Made by a program: the position numbers and the translations under genes
Part shown: positions 27,192 to 31,393 of the stretch, piece by piece
How positions within the stretch are numbered: position 1 is the stretch's first letter
Layout of the letters: each line of letters opens with the position of its first letter
The notes under the pieces: model-generated
Told to the model about the DNA's origin: nothing
Databases searched by the model: none
What the model saw: only the letters and a program-made list of their open reading frames with translations
DNA from: a virus
Taxonomy: Duplodnaviria; Heunggongvirae; Uroviricota; Caudoviricetes
Reading direction: 5' to 3' (one strand)
IMG/VR virus record: IMGVR_UViG_2778261541_000008
Coordinates: 1 to 31,393 of that record
Length of the DNA stretch: 31,393 nt

Positions 27192-28621
27192 GTAAAACAA
27201 CACCGACTAAAGACAGTATTCGTGCAGAGTTTGAAGAGCTTGTCGAGAAAGATTCATTCTGGTCGAAGTTTGTCGGCTCTCAATTTGTCTCGATGCTGAC
27301 ATTGTTTATTACCCAGATTGTCTACAGGTGCTTTCAGTATGCCGATGCGGCGCTGGCTGAAGGCTTTATATCGACCGCGACGCGGCGTTCCTCTATCCTG
27401 GCAGCGGCAGAAACGAATAGTTACGTTGGTACCAAGCCAACACCGTCATCGGGGATGATTGAGATCACCGCCACAAGTGAAGATGCCCCAGCGGTAATCC
27501 CCAAAAATATGCCTTTAATATCTGACGACCAGTACCCTTACATGACTATGGATGTATGCAGGTTGGTTGACGGCACCGGTACGGTAGAAGTGGCACAGTT
27601 GGAAATCCAGGAGGTGACATATACCGTTACGGCAGCCAAAGAATTTCTGGAAGTCGTGTTATCAAAGGCTCTCACTGCTGTCTGCTATAAGCTGGAAGTA
27701 TTCGTGACGACCGATGGTAAGACCACGCAGTGGTCTTCCAGCACTATGTTCCGGTTAGCCGGTAGTAAAAGCCAGGTCTACGTTGAGTTTTATAAGCCAT
27801 CCGAGCAGTTGGGGGTTCGATTCGGTGATGGGCTAATTGGGCAAATACCGCCAGAAGGCTCGACCATTACACTTAAGGTATGGTGCACCAACGGAGATAT
27901 AACCCTGGTTGCTGGCCAAAACCTGACTCCTGTCGATTCTGCGGCTAATTTAGCTAATTTGATTTCAGTTAAGACAACGACACCCATAACCGCAGGTACC
28001 GATGCCGAAACAACGGAGATCACACGTAATCGTGCACAATATTACCTTGCCTATGATGATCAGGTCGTATGGGGCGGGGACTATACGTATTTTCTGGTGC
28101 GTAACATCCCGGGACTGTCCTGGGTAAAGGCATGGGGCGAAGGCCAGCAAGAGAAATTAGATGGTGCTTATAATGTTCGGAATATCAATAAGATATTTAT
28201 TTCAGGATGGCATCCAAACAAAAGCCAGTCAGAGCTTGAAGAAATGATCCTGGCTGCCTTTAAGAAGGTGCCGAATGAGTTGAACAAGAAATTCTCGTAT
28301 AAAGAGGTCAGAAAACTACCCTTTAAGATCACCATCACTGGGCGGATATCGGCAAGCCTGACCATTGAGAACGTGACTGATGAGCTGAAGTCGGCACTGG
28401 AAACAAAATTTGGGCGTGACTCAACTTTCTTTGATCCGAACCGTGTCGGCAAGTACATCCTAATCAAGAAAAAAGACGTTTGGGCATTTATCGAAACGCT
28501 GGGTTATTTCCGCGACTTTTATCTGGAATTTGTCGAGTGGAATGAGTCCAACGGCTTTTACGATTTCGTTTATCTGGATACAGAAAACTCCACCTTTAAT
28601 ATTTCGTATGAGGAGGAGTGA
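27188..28621 (+). CDS. Putative baseplate J-like protein (P1 bplA position)
   Basis: 477 aa; ATGA coupling on both sides; size and operon position match baseplate J/gp6-family proteins. Confidence 0.55.
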   Translation: MSKTTPTKDSIRAEFEELVEKDSFWSKFVGSQFVSMLTLFITQIVYRCFQYADAALAEGFISTATRRSSILAAAETNSYVGTKPTPSSGMIEITATSEDAPAVIPKNMPLISDDQYPYMTMDVCRLVDGTGTVEVAQLEIQEVTYTVTAAKEFLEVVLSKALTAVCYKLEVFVTTDGKTTQWSSSTMFRLAGSKSQVYVEFYKPSEQLGVRFGDGLIGQIPPEGSTITLKVWCTNGDITLVAGQNLTPVDSAANLANLISVKTTTPITAGTDAETTEITRNRAQYYLAYDDQVVWGGDYTYFLVRNIPGLSWVKAWGEGQQEKLDGAYNVRNINKIFISGWHPNKSQSELEEMILAAFKKVPNELNKKFSYKEVRKLPFKITITGRISASLTIENVTDELKSALETKFGRDSTFFDPNRVGKYILIKKKDVWAFIETLGYFRDFYLEFVEWNESNGFYDFVYLDTENSTFNISYEEE

Positions 28622-29457
28622 TGCAGCGTTCCTGGTTTAATAACCGGCTTACATCAGCTAAGCAAAAGTCATTACTTTATAAATCATTGGCTGATTTGGT
28701 TCAGTCAATGATGGACACCTTTGTTGACCCATGGTTGGAGCGAATTACCAACCGGAAGTCTATTTTCTCCATGAGCAAGGAGGATCTGGAGACTAGGACA
28801 AATGAACTTGGCCAGTTTTTTACTATCAGAACGTCGAATTCATCTTCCGTTCCGATGTTGTTACAACAGCGGTTTGATGAGATCCATTTTAAGGGTACTG
28901 AACGCCCTATAAACCAGACAATTTATCGCGAATTTAACGGTATATCGGTTTTATGGGATCCCATATATGCTCCGGTGGACTTTGAACGTCATCCCTATGG
29001 CACGGTCCTGATTCCAGAAAGCACACTGGAAACCACCGGCGGCACATTCGGCGAGATGTTTCTGACTTCCAGAGGAATGATCAGTATTCCCATAAACGAC
29101 CTGGCCCGGACAATGGGTATTACTGGAACGATAGATCAGTCCGCAATTACAGAAGAAATTCTCAGAAAGTTTAATCAGTTCGTAAAGCCTCTACTGCCAC
29201 TGCATATAGTGTTTGATGGGCTTACGCTCTATTTGTCGGTTGTTGTAAATGAACAGGCCGACATGATCACTTTGAATGAGATTTCTGATACCGAAAAAGC
29301 ATTCTGCTGGTTTGAAACTTCGGATACAACTTCGCTTACTGAAGTTACGTCGATTAACGCCCCGATCACTGCAACGCCGGGCGGCACTATTGTGAAAGCA
29401 ACGCCTACGTTTGATCGCACCCGCGCAGATGATTTGCTGTTGGATAGCGATGCGTGA
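28618..29457 (+). CDS. Putative baseplate or tail-fibre attachment protein (P1 gene 16 position)
   Basis: 279 aa, translationally coupled to the upstream gene, followed by a GC-rich hairpin. Confidence 0.5.
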   Translation: MMQRSWFNNRLTSAKQKSLLYKSLADLVQSMMDTFVDPWLERITNRKSIFSMSKEDLETRTNELGQFFTIRTSNSSSVPMLLQQRFDEIHFKGTERPINQTIYREFNGISVLWDPIYAPVDFERHPYGTVLIPESTLETTGGTFGEMFLTSRGMISIPINDLARTMGITGTIDQSAITEEILRKFNQFVKPLLPLHIVFDGLTLYLSVVVNEQADMITLNEISDTEKAFCWFETSDTTSLTEVTSINAPITATPGGTIVKATPTFDRTRADDLLLDSDA

Positions 29458-29535
29458 CAATCACCCCGTCCGCAGGGCGGGGTGACAAGTTACTTATCTT
29501 ACAATGAGGCTTCACAACATTGATTAGGGAAAATC

Positions 29536-29970
29536 ATGTCTGACGTCTCAACAAACCTCTATAAGAGTCAGTTGTTGGACTATTACTATCAGCGGCGCGC
29601 TGAATCGTCCATTAACAAAGGCTCTCGATTTTTAATCAGCAAGGCCGTTTTCGGTACCAGTTCACTGGTTACTAAGAAAGGAGATGGCACTTATGAGATT
29701 GGAGAACTGCCAAAGGCTTTCGATCTGGCAGAACTGACCAGTCAATTTTGCACCATCAACCTCGTCCCAACCTACTCAGGCGGGATAATTACTGTCCGAA
29801 TGGACCTTGATCAAAGCCAGTTGCAGGAAGGGAAAAACTACCCATTCAACACTCTGGTTGTTCTGGATAACGAGAACAAGCCAATCGCCATTATTTGTGT
29901 CCAGGAAGACTCGCTGTATGTGGGCAAAACATATACCGCAGTTATGGCCATAAACACGACTACAGCATAA
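29536..29970 (+). CDS. Putative tail-fibre assembly/structure protein (P1 R position)
   Basis: 144-aa ORF immediately upstream of the tail-fibre gene; AGGGA RBS. Confidence 0.5.
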   Translation: MSDVSTNLYKSQLLDYYYQRRAESSINKGSRFLISKAVFGTSSLVTKKGDGTYEIGELPKAFDLAELTSQFCTINLVPTYSGGIITVRMDLDQSQLQEGKNYPFNTLVVLDNENKPIAIICVQEDSLYVGKTYTAVMAINTTTA

Positions 29971-29981
29971 GGATATGCTTG

Positions 29982-31393
29982 ATGAATGACGTTACAGTTG
30001 TTACATCGGTTACTTACCCATCACCCGAGTCGTTGGCTCTGGTGGCCGATGTGCAATACCACGAACCATATCTGTCAGCCGCGCTAAACCGAAAATTCAG
30101 GGGGATTGTTGACCCGGGATTTTATGCCGGTTTCTTACCTAAGCCTGGCGGTGGGATGAACCTGTTAATTACCTCAGTGGATGGTGATAAAACCGCAGGC
30201 GCGGCGTCGGTGGATATTGGTGAATTTTACCAGGTAACTATTCAGCAACGTAAGGATATTTCTCTTGCACTTAGTGCAGGCAAGAAATATGCAATTGTGC
30301 TGAAGGGAAGATACCTCCTTGGAGAAGATACCTATCAGGTGAATACCGCGTCACATATTCATGCGGCTGAATTTGTTGCCAGAACCTATACCGATTCATA
30401 TCAGTTAGGAGATGGGGAGCTGCTTGTTTGTACGGTGAATATCCCTGCTAGTGTATCTGCCATTACCCAGGAGATGATTGATACATCCGAGCGTATCAAC
30501 CGCTCGATCGGCATTGATATTTCAGACTCTGTAACCAGTACCAGAAGTGATGTTGCTGCAAGTTCGCTGGCAGTTAAAAAAGCCTACGATCTGGCGAAAA
30601 GCAAGTATACGGCACAGGATGCAAGCACAACGCAAAAGGGATTAGTTCAGCTCAGTAGCGCAACTAACAGCGACAGCGAAACAATGGCGGCTACCCCTAA
30701 AGCTGTTAAGTCTATAAAAGATCTGGTTGATACCAAAGCGCCAATAGAAAGCCCGAGTCTGACAGGAACGCCAACCGCGCCGACGGCAGCGCAAGGTACA
30801 AACAGCACGCAGATCGCAAATACAGCCTTTGTTAAGGCAGCTATAACTGCACTTATCAACGGTGCGCCTGGCACACTGGATACGCTGAAAGAAATAGCGG
30901 CTGCGATCAATAACGACCCGAATTTCAGCACAACTATCAACAATGCTCTGGCTCTTAAAGCGCCTTTAGCAAGCCCTGCATTAACGGGAATACCTACTGC
31001 GCCTACCGCTGCACAGGGTACGAATAACACGCAAATTGCTACGACCGCTTATGTAAGAGCTGCCATATCCGCATTGGTTGGTTCATCACCAGAAGCTCTT
31101 GATACCCTGAATGAGCTTGCCGCAGCACTTGGCAATGACCCGAACTTTGCGACAACAATGACAAATGCGCTGGCAGGCAAACAGCCTCTGGATGCAACTT
31201 TAACCGCGCTCGCTGCCCTTGCGACTGGTGCAAACAAACTGCCTTACTTCACTGGTAAGGATACGGTAGCGCAGACTGATTTAACGTCAGTCGGTCGCGA
31301 TATTCTGGCTAAAACAAGCACACTGGCCGTTATCCAATACCTTGGTTTAAGAGAACTCGGTACCAGCGGTGAAAAGATCCCCCTGTTGAGCAC
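29982..31393 (+). CDS. Tail fibre protein (P1 S / P2 H / Mu S family), 5' partial; continues beyond the window
   Basis: Translation from ATG 29982 gives TAQDASTTQKGLVQLSSATNSDSETMAATPKAVK, then two tail-fibre repeats (SPxLTGxPTAPTAAQGTNxTQIAxTAFV ... LDTLxExAAAxxNDPNF) and DATLTALAALATGANKLPYFTGKDTVAQTDLTSVGRDILAK, nearly identical to conserved P2 gpH segments as recalled. Open to the end of the window. Confidence 0.85.
   Translation, partial: MNDVTVVTSVTYPSPESLALVADVQYHEPYLSAALNRKFRGIVDPGFYAGFLPKPGGGMNLLITSVDGDKTAGAASVDIGEFYQVTIQQRKDISLALSAGKKYAIVLKGRYLLGEDTYQVNTASHIHAAEFVARTYTDSYQLGDGELLVCTVNIPASVSAITQEMIDTSERINRSIGIDISDSVTSTRSDVAASSLAVKKAYDLAKSKYTAQDASTTQKGLVQLSSATNSDSETMAATPKAVKSIKDLVDTKAPIESPSLTGTPTAPTAAQGTNSTQIANTAFVKAAITALINGAPGTLDTLKEIAAAINNDPNFSTTINNALALKAPLASPALTGIPTAPTAAQGTNNTQIATTAYVRAAISALVGSSPEALDTLNELAAALGNDPNFATTMTNALAGKQPLDATLTALAALATGANKLPYFTGKDTVAQTDLTSVGRDILAKTSTLAVIQYLGLRELGTSGEKIPLLS
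30740..31180 (+). repeat. Intragenic tandem duplication of the tail-fibre repeat module (~210 bp units, diverged at DNA level)
   Basis: Two consecutive protein-level copies of the ~70-aa module beginning SP(S/A)LTG(T/I)PTAPTAAQGTN. This also explains the long spurious antisense ORFs at 30647..31030 and 31039..31233. Confidence 0.5.

Noticed and set aside
30647-31233. Minus-strand ORFs 30647..31030 and 31039..31237 with Ala/Val/Gly-rich, TM-like translations
   Set aside because: They lie antisense to the tail-fibre repeat region, whose Ala/Thr/Gly codon bias produces long open antisense frames; the plus-strand frame has strong tail-fibre family similarity.

Overview
This 31.4 kb window reads as a contiguous segment of a P1-like temperate phage-plasmid from an enterobacterial host, in reverse orientation relative to the usual P1 map. 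All calls rest on reading the sequence and ORF translations by eye; no database search was run. Left to right: (1) a C1-operator-controlled minus-strand operon of a small protein, an RdgC homolog (P1 hrdC position) and a fused C5-cytosine/Dam-like methyltransferase (Dmt) whose Dam module is truncated; (2) a plus-strand block of small, membrane and lipoprotein genes; (3) a complete P1-type plasmid replicon: DnaA boxes, GATC cluster, 5 incC iterons, repA, 9 incA iterons; (4) parA-parB with a downstream parS-like centromere; (5) a late morphogenesis block: putative major head protein, sheath, an acidic protein with a polybasic tail, and tail tube; (6) a strongly AT-rich ~1.9 kb island with a two-gene minus-strand operon and a convergent small gene; (7) the lytic replicon and immunity-I region on the minus strand: repL, kilA, ant, icd and a c4-like antisense RNA, with C1-type operators; (8) two secreted proteins, then tail and baseplate genes including the ~1130-aa tape-measure/transglycosylase Sit and the 5' part of a tail-fibre gene with internal repeats. 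The main candidates for something undescribed are the AT-rich two-gene island, a secreted Sim-like protein that copies a motif from the Sit C-terminus, an overlapped spanin-like pair split by an in-frame amber codon beside the replicon, and the truncated Dam module.
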